Shown: positions 8,145 to 17,085 of the stretch, piece by piece | How positions within the stretch are numbered: the stretch's first letter is position 1 | How the letters are laid out: every line of letters starts with the position of its first letter | Source of the DNA: Methanomassiliicoccaceae archaeon | GTDB lineage: Archaea; Thermoplasmatota; Thermoplasmata; Methanomassiliicoccales; Methanomethylophilaceae | Direction of reading: 5' to 3' | Assembly (NCBI GenBank): GCA_031260545.1 | Contig: JAIRJQ010000026.1 | Coordinates: forward strand, 1 to 35,815 | Length of the DNA: 35,815 nucleotides | Position numbers and translations under genes: made by a program | The notes under the pieces: model-generated | What the model saw: the letters and a program-made list of their open reading frames with translations, nothing else | What the model was told of the DNA's origin: nothing | Databases searched by the model: none

Positions 8145-8422
8145 AGGCCGCGCAGTGACCCTAATGCGGCGCATGAGTACAGCTTTTCAGGGTCGTACAT
8201 CATATCCATCGTTATATGAGAAACGTAATCCGCCTGCACAATGGAAACGTATAACGTAAGTTCGTCGTTGATCGGGATCCTTATATCTGACGCCTTTGCC
8301 GGTTTTATCATCGTCGGAACTAACGCAGGACCGCTGCATGTTGTCGAAAGTCTGTAATCCACGCCGTCCGCGATAATCATTTTCTTTACCGCATCGTCCA
8401 CGATAATTTTCATCGACCCCAT
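8138..8422 (-). CDS. Small hypothetical protein (about 94 aa)
   Basis: The ORF reads MGSMKIIVDDAVKKMI...TTCSGPALV...; I recognise no family with confidence. Its 3' end overlaps the convergent ThiI-like gene by 7 nt. The start could be 8422, 8413 or 8461. Confidence 0.4.
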   Translation of the reverse strand: MGSMKIIVDDAVKKMIIADGVDYRLSTTCSGPALVPTMIKPAKASDIRIPINDELTLYVSIVQADYVSHITMDMMYDPEKLYSCAALGSLRGLY

Positions 8423-8462
8423 GAATGAATCATCGGATAAAATGATTACTGCAAAGAGCAAG

Positions 8463-8472
8463 AATTAATATC
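8463..8472 (+). promoter_or_regulatory. TATA-like element (AATTAATATC) for nob1, implying a leaderless mRNA
   Basis: It is centred about 25-26 nt upstream of ATG 8493, and there is no SD in between. Confidence 0.35.
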
Positions 8473-8492
8473 TTTGCATACATCATAATTCA

Positions 8493-8954
8493 ATGACCCT
8501 TGTACTTGATACGTCCGCGTTATTCTCCATGGAGGACCTTCCGCAAGAGGATTTTGTTGTACCCGAAGGTGTTGTCGGCGAGCTGAGGAGGTACAAAGAT
8601 CATCGTCTCGACAGATGGGGCGAACTTTTACGCGTTTCGGAGTGTACCAAGGGCTCGTTGGCAAAGGTCAGAGAGGCCGCAGCAAAGAGCGGCGACATCG
8701 GGAGACTTTCCGATGTTGATCTCTCAGTGATCGCATTGGCCCTGGATCTGAAAGGAATTGTCCTTACTGACGATTACTCGATACAGAACGTCTGTAAGAT
8801 CATGGGCATCGAATACCGTCCCGTCGGAACGGAAGGGATAAAAAAGACAGAAAAATGGAACTACAGGTGCAACGGATGCGGCAAATGGTATCCTGAAAAA
8901 ATGAACGATTGTCCCATATGCGGTTCTTCCATGAAAGCGCACAGAAAAAGATGA
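8493..8954 (+). CDS. nob1: Nob1-like endonuclease (PIN domain plus C-terminal zinc ribbon)
   Basis: The PIN N-terminus is LVLDTSALF with LSDVDLSVIALA...VLTDDYSIQNV. The zinc ribbon is CNGCGKWY...CPICGS. Confidence 0.8.
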   Translation: MTLVLDTSALFSMEDLPQEDFVVPEGVVGELRRYKDHRLDRWGELLRVSECTKGSLAKVREAAAKSGDIGRLSDVDLSVIALALDLKGIVLTDDYSIQNVCKIMGIEYRPVGTEGIKKTEKWNYRCNGCGKWYPEKMNDCPICGSSMKAHRKR

Positions 8955-10043
8955 TCACGGAAATATCCGTTTACATCGTATGAGTTTGCCCATCCTTCTT
9001 TTTCCGAGGACCTTCATGCATATCCCCGTTCTCAGATCGGAACCGAATGCAAAAACATCGGCCATCTTTTTCCCTCTGGCTGCGATCCTCAGTGGTCTCA
9101 GCATTGCGCGGTGCCACTCATTTTGATAATCCTCCAGTGAGCGTCCGTTCAGCACACGGTCCGCCGCTACAGAACCGCATATGCTGCCGGCGATCATTGC
9201 CAACGGGATCCCGCCGCCGTTCACAGATATCACGTGTCCTGCCGCATCGCCGACGGTCATTCCGTTATCTGTGAATGTTCTTCTTACAGGGCCCTGGCTG
9301 GGCACGTATTTTCCTTCTGTTCTGCTCATTACATCGAAGTTATGCTTTTTAACGAATTTATCAAAGTATTCGGTCAGCGTACCAGATGCGAACTTTGGTG
9401 AAAAACCGACACCGATGTTCGCCTGCCCTCTCTTTGGTATTATCCAGCTGTACGCGCCCGGTGCGATACCGCCGAAGAACATAACGACAACGGGATCGAA
9501 ATCCCCTCTTGCCTGCGCTGTGACCGCAGGATATGGTTGTTCAGGCCTTGGCAGTCCGAGGCTCCTTGATACTCTTGAACCCGGTCCGTCGGCACCCACG
9601 ATCACTTTGTATTCGATATCTCCCGCGGATGTCTTTGCAATGCCGTTCGCGATCCTGCTGAAGGCGCACCCTCTTATTATCTCGGCGCCCGCCTCTTCGG
9701 CAAGCGATGCCAGATACTTATCGAATCTGTCCCTGTCTGTAGTGTAACCTGTGAACGGTATGTCTGCGGCCTTCATTTTCGGATCGACGAGCCGTATCGC
9801 GTTTATGTCCCTTTGTCTCAAATTTTCCGGTATATCGAACAGATCGTTCATTTCCGCATTCGGGAACATTCCTTTTATCTCTTCATAAGAAGGCATGAAC
9901 TCGCCGCATCTTACCGGCATACCGATCTCGGGCCTTCGTTCTATCATTGTCACACGAACGCCTTTTGACGCCGCATATCTTGCCGTCACGCTTCCTGCGG
10001 GGCCTGCACCAACGACAAGAACATCGGTCTTTATTGTTTCCAT
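8955..10043 (-). CDS. Geranylgeranyl reductase family flavoprotein (prenyl-chain reductase)
   Basis: FAD motif DVLVVGAGPAGS, VRCGEF and YSWIIPK (compare the GGR PxxYxWxFP motif) are present. The start lies 4 nt after the prenyl synthase stop. Confidence 0.8.
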   Translation of the reverse strand: METIKTDVLVVGAGPAGSVTARYAASKGVRVTMIERRPEIGMPVRCGEFMPSYEEIKGMFPNAEMNDLFDIPENLRQRDINAIRLVDPKMKAADIPFTGYTTDRDRFDKYLASLAEEAGAEIIRGCAFSRIANGIAKTSAGDIEYKVIVGADGPGSRVSRSLGLPRPEQPYPAVTAQARGDFDPVVVMFFGGIAPGAYSWIIPKRGQANIGVGFSPKFASGTLTEYFDKFVKKHNFDVMSRTEGKYVPSQGPVRRTFTDNGMTVGDAAGHVISVNGGGIPLAMIAGSICGSVAADRVLNGRSLEDYQNEWHRAMLRPLRIAARGKKMADVFAFGSDLRTGICMKVLGKRRMGKLIRCKRIFP

Positions 10044-10047
10044 GGTA

Positions 10048-11013
10048 TTACCTGTCGCGGTTCACAACATATCTCGCAAGGCCTATCAATGAATCCTTGT
10101 AAACCGAATCTTTAAGGCAGGATAATTGTGATATGGCGTTCTCGACGATCTCTTTCGCTTTTGAGATGCAGATGTCAACGGCGCCCGTATCTTTAATGAG
10201 GGCCAGTGCCTTATGGACGTCCTCGTCGGACATCTCCCTGTTCTCAAATATTTTCTTTATCGCTTTGCCGTTCTTTTCATCTGCCATCGCATAGATCATC
10301 GGAAGCGTCGGTTTTCCTTCTGCTATATCTATGCCTATCTTCTTTCCCGTTGACACGTGATCCCCTATGATGTCCAGAACATCGTCGACTATCTGAAATG
10401 CAAGACCTACATCCAATGCGAACCCTGAGACGATATCCAATACATCGTCGGGAACATCGGCCATGTGCGCGCCTGTTCTGGCACATGCGAATATGGGCAT
10501 CGCCGTCTTTCCCCTGATGATATTGATGTAATCCTTTTCTGTGACCGCCGGTCTGTGTTCGAATTCTTTTTGAATGAACTCGCTCTCGGCCATCGCCGCC
10601 GATGCCTTTGTTGCCGTTTCGATTATCTTCTCGTTCATCGTCCCGAGTAATCTGAAGCCCATCGCGAACATGAAATCTCCGAGGATTATTGCTTTTGTTA
10701 CCGTGTACTTCTTATGCATCGTCTTTCGTCCGCGGCGCAATTCACCATTGTCATTTATGTCATCGTGGATCAGCGTTGCATCATGAATTATTTCGAATGC
10801 TGCTGCAATTCGCAGGACCTCGTCCTTACGGGTGCCTCCGCACGCACAATGCGACAATATGCACATCGCCGGCCTTATCTTTTTACCACCTGATGATGTT
10901 ACGTAATCGCACATTTCCTGCAGTTCCGGCCTTTCCGATCTGAGCACCTTCTCGATTATCTCGTCGACCTTTTTCAGGTCATCGGATATGGGCGCATACC
11001 AATCATTATCCAT
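10048..11013 (-). CDS. trans-Polyprenyl diphosphate synthase, probably a medium/long-chain product
   Basis: FARM is IHDATLIHDDINDNGELRRG and SARM is FQIVDDVLD. Residues at -4/-5 before the FARM are Thr/Ala (small), as in IspB-type long-chain enzymes, not aromatic as in archaeal GGPP synthases. Confidence 0.8.
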   Translation of the reverse strand: MDNDWYAPISDDLKKVDEIIEKVLRSERPELQEMCDYVTSSGGKKIRPAMCILSHCACGGTRKDEVLRIAAAFEIIHDATLIHDDINDNGELRRGRKTMHKKYTVTKAIILGDFMFAMGFRLLGTMNEKIIETATKASAAMAESEFIQKEFEHRPAVTEKDYINIIRGKTAMPIFACARTGAHMADVPDDVLDIVSGFALDVGLAFQIVDDVLDIIGDHVSTGKKIGIDIAEGKPTLPMIYAMADEKNGKAIKKIFENREMSDEDVHKALALIKDTGAVDICISKAKEIVENAISQLSCLKDSVYKDSLIGLARYVVNRDR

Positions 11014-11118
11014 TGAACCCCTTACAATAAGTAACGTACTTAAACCCTACCGATGAAAAATACTCCCCGCTGTGATAATTAAAAATGGAATAATTTAAAG
11101 GGTTTATTTTGGCCATGA

Positions 11119-12582
11119 TCAAGGAATGAATGCCTTCACCGCAAATTCGCAGAACTCGATGATCGGTCCGGGGAAGAATCCGATGGCGAGCGTTGCAATT
11201 GCACATACCGCTATCGCGAACTTGAAGTTGAATGATACCTTCACCTTCTCCGTTGTCGTTCCCTTGTCGATGTACATCGCTTTCACCACTTTTGCGTAGT
11301 AGTACAGCGAGATCGCACTGTTGATGACAGCGAATGCAATGAGCCATATCCACGTACCGCCGTCTACACCCGCAGAGAACAGTATGAACTTGGACCAGAA
11401 TCCTGCGAGCGGCGGTATACCTGCCAAAGAGAACATGAATACGCCCATCGCAAATGCGATCAGCGGTGCTCTCCTCGAAAGGCCGCGGTAGTCGCTGATA
11501 TTCTCGCTGAGTCCGCGTGCGCATAACGCTCCGACCACTATGAAAGCTCCTCCTTTCATGAACACGTGCGTGAACATGTGGAATAATCCGCCCACCAAAG
11601 CATAATCGCTTGCCACTGCCAGAACGATCAGCAGGTATCCGCCCTGTGCGATGCTTGAGTATGCCAGCATCCTTTTGATGTTGGTCTGCGAGATGGCAAC
11701 GACGTTACCTACGGTCATCGTCACCGCTGCAAGTATCGCGAACAGCCACTGCAGCTCCTGTATCTCACCGGTCGCCCGTACGGCGACAAACAACAGCAGG
11801 AATATCTTGAAGAACACCACGAAACCCATCTTCTTCGATCCTATCGCTAAGAACGTTGCGACCGGCGTCGGTGCTCCTTCGTAAACATCAGGGGCCCACG
11901 AATGGAACGGTATCACTGCTATCTTGAAACCGAATCCCGCTATCATTGTTACGAGAGCGACCGCGTATGTCCATGTGATCTCCTGGCCTGCGAGTGCATT
12001 CACGATCTCGTTGATGTTCAGCGTTCCCGTCAGCCCGTATATCAATGACATGCCGTACAGGAACAGCGCGGTCGAGAGACCGCTGATGATCAGGTATTTC
12101 ACCGCCGCTTCCGACGACCGCGGGTCGTTCTTCTTGAACGCCACCAGCGCGATGCTCATTATGCCCGCCAGTTCAAGACCTACGAACAGTGATATCAGAT
12201 CCACTGATGCGCAGACGAGCATCATACCTATCGTGGCTGCCGCCAGCAATGAGTAGTACTCTCCGTGATGCTTCTTGTTGTCGCTGCTGCCGTATGACAT
12301 CACCACGACCAGACATAGCACTATCAGGAACAGCACTATCATGAATCCTGTGAACTGATTGAATTCGTACAGATTCTCGAATACGCGGCCGTTGTAGCCG
12401 CCGTCATACATCATGTATCCGGTGACACCCAATGCAAAGAGCCCGGCCGCCAGCATGAATATTGCCGACGCTTTCCCGCTCTTCATCCCGATCGCAGGCG
12501 CTATTAACGCAGCGATCAGCAGTATGAAGTGCGGCGCCACGGGCATTACGAAATCTACGAAATCCGTTATCATATCTAACAT
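11119..12582 (-). CDS. fpoN: Fpo/Nuo complex I-like subunit N (antiporter-like)
   Basis: This polytopic membrane protein has NuoN-type motifs (PFHSWAPDVYEGAPTPV, AYSSIAQGGY). Its start overlaps the fpoM stop by 1 nt. Confidence 0.9.
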   Translation of the reverse strand: MLDMITDFVDFVMPVAPHFILLIAALIAPAIGMKSGKASAIFMLAAGLFALGVTGYMMYDGGYNGRVFENLYEFNQFTGFMIVLFLIVLCLVVVMSYGSSDNKKHHGEYYSLLAAATIGMMLVCASVDLISLFVGLELAGIMSIALVAFKKNDPRSSEAAVKYLIISGLSTALFLYGMSLIYGLTGTLNINEIVNALAGQEITWTYAVALVTMIAGFGFKIAVIPFHSWAPDVYEGAPTPVATFLAIGSKKMGFVVFFKIFLLLFVAVRATGEIQELQWLFAILAAVTMTVGNVVAISQTNIKRMLAYSSIAQGGYLLIVLAVASDYALVGGLFHMFTHVFMKGGAFIVVGALCARGLSENISDYRGLSRRAPLIAFAMGVFMFSLAGIPPLAGFWSKFILFSAGVDGGTWIWLIAFAVINSAISLYYYAKVVKAMYIDKGTTTEKVKVSFNFKFAIAVCAIATLAIGFFPGPIIEFCEFAVKAFIP

Positions 12583-14099
12583 CAGAACACCCCCATCGGC
12601 AGAGGCATCGTTTGTATGACCTCAAGGATCAGGGACGGCATAAGACCGAATATGGCGATCATTGCGCACAATGCCGTCAGCGCAAGCACTTCCGTTCTGC
12701 TTACGTCGTGCACCTTCTCAATGTCGATCTTTGTCGTTTCTTTTCCGAATATTGTCCTTTGCATTGCCCATGTGTAGTATCCTGCCGTCAGCAGTAACGA
12801 AGCTAAAGCGAACACTATTATCCACAGCAATTCGGGAGTGGTCTGCAGATATTCGAAGAATGCGAATATTATTCCGAATTCCGCGACGAACCCTACCAGT
12901 CCGGGCAATCCCAGCGATGCGAGGAAACCGAACATCATGAACGCCGCGAATAACGGCATACGTCCGGCGAGCCCTCCCAGCAACGGGATCTCACGTGTAC
13001 CTGCATTGTGACCGGCGACGCCGCACACCATGAATAACACTGACGTGATAAGACCGTGCGCGAACATCTGGAATATCGCAAATTGTATCCCCAGCTCGGT
13101 AAGCAACGCTATACCGAGAAGCACCATCCCCATGTGGCTGATCGATGAGAACGCCACCATCTTCTTCAGGTCCTTCTGCGCTATGCATGCGTATGCACCG
13201 TAGACGATCGACACCAATGCGATCACTATGAGTGCGGGCTGCCATGACACTGCCCCGTCCGGGAATATGTCAAGGCATATGCGTATTATACCGTATGAGC
13301 CCATCTTCAGCATCACCGCGGCCAGCAATACACTGCCCGCTGTGGGTGCTTCGACGTGCGCATCCGGCAGCCAAGTATGGAACGGCACGATCGGCATCTT
13401 CGCCGCGAATCCCAGGAACAGCAGGCCGAACAGCGCTGTCTGCATCACCGGGCTGAAGATACCGGCGATCGACGCCTCCTTCACAGCCGCGAACGTAAAG
13501 TCCAGTGTTCCGCCGGCCGAGGCCTCGAACACCATCATGAATATACCTATCAGCATTATCAGCGATGCGACATGCGTATAGATGAAGAACTTGATCGCTG
13601 CGTAATGTCTTCTCGGACCTCCCCATCCGGATATCAGGAAGTACATCGGTATCAGCGTGACCTCCCAGAATATGTAGAACAGGAAGTAGTCCTGCGCCAT
13701 GTACACACCCATTAACCCGACTTCCATTGCTAAGATAAGAGCAAAGAAAGTGTTCGGGCGGTCGCTTTCGTACCTTGAGAATATTGTGACGATGAACACT
13801 AACGCTGCCGTAAGCAGGATCATCAGTATGCTCATGCCGTCAACACCCATGTCGAACGAGATCCTTAGGTATTCAGTGTCCACCCATGCATATGATTCGG
13901 AGTCCGAATACACCGTTGACGCCGCTGACAGCAGATATCCGTACATCAGCGTGACCGCTAACGTTATCCCTGAGAACAGCAACGCCACATTCTTCGCTCT
14001 CTTCGGTTTCTTGGACATCACTGCCGTTACCACAGCACCGATCAATGGGATCAACAGCAGGAGGATCAGGAACGGTATCTCTATGCCACCAGTTTCCAT
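12582..14099 (-). CDS. fpoM: Fpo/Nuo subunit M (antiporter-like)
   Basis: NuoM motifs are present (PFHTWLPDAHVEAPTAGSV, FSSISHMG). ATG 14099 lies just after the fpoL stop (14101). Confidence 0.9.
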   Translation of the reverse strand: METGGIEIPFLILLLLIPLIGAVVTAVMSKKPKRAKNVALLFSGITLAVTLMYGYLLSAASTVYSDSESYAWVDTEYLRISFDMGVDGMSILMILLTAALVFIVTIFSRYESDRPNTFFALILAMEVGLMGVYMAQDYFLFYIFWEVTLIPMYFLISGWGGPRRHYAAIKFFIYTHVASLIMLIGIFMMVFEASAGGTLDFTFAAVKEASIAGIFSPVMQTALFGLLFLGFAAKMPIVPFHTWLPDAHVEAPTAGSVLLAAVMLKMGSYGIIRICLDIFPDGAVSWQPALIVIALVSIVYGAYACIAQKDLKKMVAFSSISHMGMVLLGIALLTELGIQFAIFQMFAHGLITSVLFMVCGVAGHNAGTREIPLLGGLAGRMPLFAAFMMFGFLASLGLPGLVGFVAEFGIIFAFFEYLQTTPELLWIIVFALASLLLTAGYYTWAMQRTIFGKETTKIDIEKVHDVSRTEVLALTALCAMIAIFGLMPSLILEVIQTMPLPMGVF

Positions 14100-14100
14100 A

Positions 14101-16155
14101 TCAGATACCTCCTGAGAACACCAGCAGGGCAAGTATCGCCATTATTGCGATAACACCCAACGCGATGAGCGACACGTAATCTCTTACATGACCGGTCTGA
14201 ATCTTTCTCAGCGCGCCGGAACCTCCCACCACTGCATTTGAAATTCCGTTCACAGTGCCGTCTATGAGGTTCTTGTCCAAATAATCTATCCCCTTTGCCA
14301 CTCCGAACCCTAACTTAAGGGCTATCTGATCGTACAGCTCGGGGAAGAAGTACCTTGCGTTAAGGAACCTGTACACCCGCGACCTTCCGTTCGCATTGAA
14401 ACGCGCCGGGTTTATCAGACTCCTTGCGTACATCAGATACGCAAGCAGTATGCCTATCAGCGCAAGCCCCATTGTCACGTACGTCCATATATTCGTTACT
14501 ATCGCATCGAATATATGCGCCGGCGTATGGCCGTCGCCTCCGAAGTAGTATGCTCCGCTACCGCTTACATTGAATGTGATTATATCGCCCAGACCGAAGA
14601 ATATCAGGAATCCTGATCCCAGTGCGAATATGGACAATATTATCAGCGGTATCGTCATTGATTTCGGCGACTCGCCGTGACAGTGTATCGATTCATCCTT
14701 CGGCTTTCCGTGGAAGGTCATGAACCACATCCTGAACATGTAGAATGCCGTCAGGAACGCCGTTATCGCCGCTAAAGCGAACAGGAACAAGAATATGTCC
14801 CCTGCCGCAAGCCCTGCTATGGACGGTTCCATTGTGGCCTCCAGTATCATGTCCTTGGACCAGAATCCGCTGAACAGCGGGAATCCCGCTATTGACAGAC
14901 AGCCGATGAGCATCGTCCACGACGTTTTCCTCATCTTTTTACTCAGACCGCCCATCTTCCTCATATCTTCCGTACCTGTGGCGTGGATCACCGAACCGGC
15001 ACCCATGAATAATAGCGCTTTGAAGAAGGCGTGGTTCATCATGTGGAACACACCTGCGGTGAATCCGACCGTTGCCAATATTCCTGCGGTAGGCACACCG
15101 TGCTGCATTTCCATCGCGATCAAATAGCCTCCGGCGCCCAGCGCCATAACCATGTAACCTAATTGCGATATCGTCGAATACGCCAGAACGCGTTTGATAT
15201 TCATGTTGTTCAGCGCCATCGTCGCGGCTATGAACGCCGTCACGGCGCCGATTATTGCAACCAGTAGCATGACATCAGCATTCTGTATGAACAGCGGGTA
15301 TGACCTTGCGATAAGGTAGACGCCCGCCTTGACCATTGTCGCCGCGTGTATCAATGCGGAAACGGTCGTCGGACCGGCCATCGCATCCGGTAACCAATCC
15401 TGCAGCGGGAACTGTGCGCTCTTTCCGATCACACCGCCGAACAGTAACAGTGCTCCGAGGATCACCATGCCTGTTTCCGCCGAAGCTATGTTGGCAGCGT
15501 CGAAGACGACGGTGAAGTCCAGACTGGTGAACGTCCACAGCAGGACGAACAGGCCGGCCATGAAACATACGTCGCCTAAGCGCGTTACAAGGAACGCTTT
15601 CTTGGCGGCGGACGCGGCCTTCATTGAAGCTTCGTCGCCCTCCGGGTGCTTGTAGCTCCAGAATCCTATGAGCAGGTATGAGCACACACCCATTATCTCC
15701 CAGAAGATGAACATCTCCAGGAAGTTGCTTGATAATACCAGACCAAGCATGCCCGCCAGGAATAATGATATCTCTGCGTAATACCTTCTCTTCTTCTTTC
15801 CCTCGCCGCCCATGTATCCTATCGAATACACGAATATCAGCATTGATATGAACGACGAGAACAGCATCATCACGCACGTCAGACTGTCAATGTAGATACC
15901 GAAGTTCAGTTCGTACGAACCGAACGCCAGCCACTTGATCGACGCAACGTACGGTTGGCTTGTCGAGTAAAGGTCCCCTGTTAAGTATGCGTATGAAACG
16001 ACGCCGGAGAGAGCGAACGCTGCGACCGCCGAAAGAACGGCTATCGCGGTCCCTCCTCCTTTGAATTTATTACCGAAGAATCCGACCACTACGAACGCGA
16101 GCAGCGGTATCAACGGTATAAGCCAAGCATAATCCAATATGATCTCTAATCCCAA
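14101..16155 (-). CDS. fpoL: Fpo/Nuo subunit L (antiporter-like, long)
   Basis: NuoL motifs are present (QFPLQDWLPDAMAGPTTVSALIHAATMV, AYSTISQLGYM). The only start candidates are TTG (16155 or 16137), preceded by GGTGGGGGG. Confidence 0.88.
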   Translation of the reverse strand: MGLEIILDYAWLIPLIPLLAFVVVGFFGNKFKGGGTAIAVLSAVAAFALSGVVSYAYLTGDLYSTSQPYVASIKWLAFGSYELNFGIYIDSLTCVMMLFSSFISMLIFVYSIGYMGGEGKKKRRYYAEISLFLAGMLGLVLSSNFLEMFIFWEIMGVCSYLLIGFWSYKHPEGDEASMKAASAAKKAFLVTRLGDVCFMAGLFVLLWTFTSLDFTVVFDAANIASAETGMVILGALLLFGGVIGKSAQFPLQDWLPDAMAGPTTVSALIHAATMVKAGVYLIARSYPLFIQNADVMLLVAIIGAVTAFIAATMALNNMNIKRVLAYSTISQLGYMVMALGAGGYLIAMEMQHGVPTAGILATVGFTAGVFHMMNHAFFKALLFMGAGSVIHATGTEDMRKMGGLSKKMRKTSWTMLIGCLSIAGFPLFSGFWSKDMILEATMEPSIAGLAAGDIFLFLFALAAITAFLTAFYMFRMWFMTFHGKPKDESIHCHGESPKSMTIPLIILSIFALGSGFLIFFGLGDIITFNVSGSGAYYFGGDGHTPAHIFDAIVTNIWTYVTMGLALIGILLAYLMYARSLINPARFNANGRSRVYRFLNARYFFPELYDQIALKLGFGVAKGIDYLDKNLIDGTVNGISNAVVGGSGALRKIQTGHVRDYVSLIALGVIAIMAILALLVFSGGI

Positions 16156-16459
16156 CTTCCCCCCACCTGATCGTCATGTCGTCTACGCTGGTCGTCTTCC
16201 TCACCTTGTATGCATGCAGTAATACTGCAATACCTACGCCCACCTCTGCGGCGGCGACGGATATCGACATTATTACGAACACCTCTGCCAAAGGCTCACC
16301 GATACCTGACGCAAATGCGATGAAGTTCATGTTCGCCGCATTCAGCATCAATTCGATACACATCAGTATGACGATACCGTTGGATTTTATCAGCAGACCT
16401 ACCAGACCGATCGCGAACAGTATCGCCGACAGCAGAAGGAAGAACTCAATCGGAATCAT
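16070..16459 (-). CDS. fpoK: Fpo/Nuo subunit K, with an unusual roughly 30-aa C-terminal tail overlapping fpoL
   Basis: MIPIEFFLLLSAILFAIGLVG...CIELMLNAANMNF...AAAEVGVGIAV is typical NuoK. The ORF runs about 86 nt past the fpoL start. Alternative starts are 16465 and 16468. Confidence 0.8.
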   Translation of the reverse strand: MIPIEFFLLLSAILFAIGLVGLLIKSNGIVILMCIELMLNAANMNFIAFASGIGEPLAEVFVIMSISVAAAEVGVGIAVLLHAYKVRKTTSVDDMTIRWGEVGIRDHIGLCLAYTVDTAARVRSGRILR

Positions 16460-16751
16460 CTTCATCATCCTCCTTTGCTATGTAGACACCGCCTATTATC
16501 GCGCCGAACATCATCAGCGCCAGCACGATCAGCACCGGTCCGTACACCTCGAACATCTGATAGTTGATCGATGTGTCATCAAGTTCCCCTCCTTCCGGAG
16601 TGTCCGGACTGAACGGTGCACCTTCTCTGTCACCGTCCGTGTTCAGATCTTCGGACCACGTACCGGTGATCACCGCAGCTGCGAATATCACGAGTATCGC
16701 GGCACCGAGCACCAGGCCTATCGCTTTCCCGGCCTTATTCATTGCCATCAT
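16446..16751 (-). CDS. fpoJ: Fpo subunit J, C-terminal half (split fpoJ)
   Basis: It is a small protein with two TM segments and an acidic loop and tail, lying between the fpoJ N-terminal half and fpoK. Archaeal fpo operons are known to carry two fpoJ genes. Confidence 0.65.
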   Translation of the reverse strand: MMAMNKAGKAIGLVLGAAILVIFAAAVITGTWSEDLNTDGDREGAPFSPDTPEGGELDDTSINYQMFEVYGPVLIVLALMMFGAIIGGVYIAKEDDEDDSD

Positions 16752-17085
16752 CCTCCTTTATGATGATCTGGGTCCTTGTAAGCATAATACTGAAGACGAA
16801 TACTATCGTCACAGCGCCCACGTAGACCATCAATTGTACAACACCCACGAACTCAGCCTCCAGGAAGAAGTATGTCACCGCGATGCAGACCGCCACGAGG
16901 GCGAGATAGAACGCACTGTGCACCACTTCTTTCGATATCACCACGAATATCGCCGATGCCGTTGTAATTACCATGAGTATCAGGAACGCGATCGCGTCCG
17001 GATTCGTCACGATGTAAGACCAGGCATCGAATATCAGGTTTATCACGCTGTTGATAAATGAGTCCACGCCCGACAGAATCCCCAT
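16735..17085 (-). CDS. fpoJ: Fpo subunit J, N-terminal half
   Basis: NuoJ-like sequence: FLILMVITTASAIFVVISKEVVHSAFYLAL...VQLMVYVGAVTIVFVF. ATG 17085 overlaps the fpoI stop by 1 nt. Confidence 0.8.
   Translation of the reverse strand: MGILSGVDSFINSVINLIFDAWSYIVTNPDAIAFLILMVITTASAIFVVISKEVVHSAFYLALVAVCIAVTYFFLEAEFVGVVQLMVYVGAVTIVFVFSIMLTRTQIIIKEDDGNE

Noticed and set aside
11041-11106. 8-bp inverted repeat (TAAACCCT / AGGGTTTA) in the fpoN-prenyl synthase spacer as a terminator
   Set aside because: The arms are separated by 50 nt of AT-rich sequence, so this is not a stable hairpin. The spacer more likely holds the promoter (TTTTTAATTATC on the minus strand) and the SD (GGGG) of the prenyl synthase gene.
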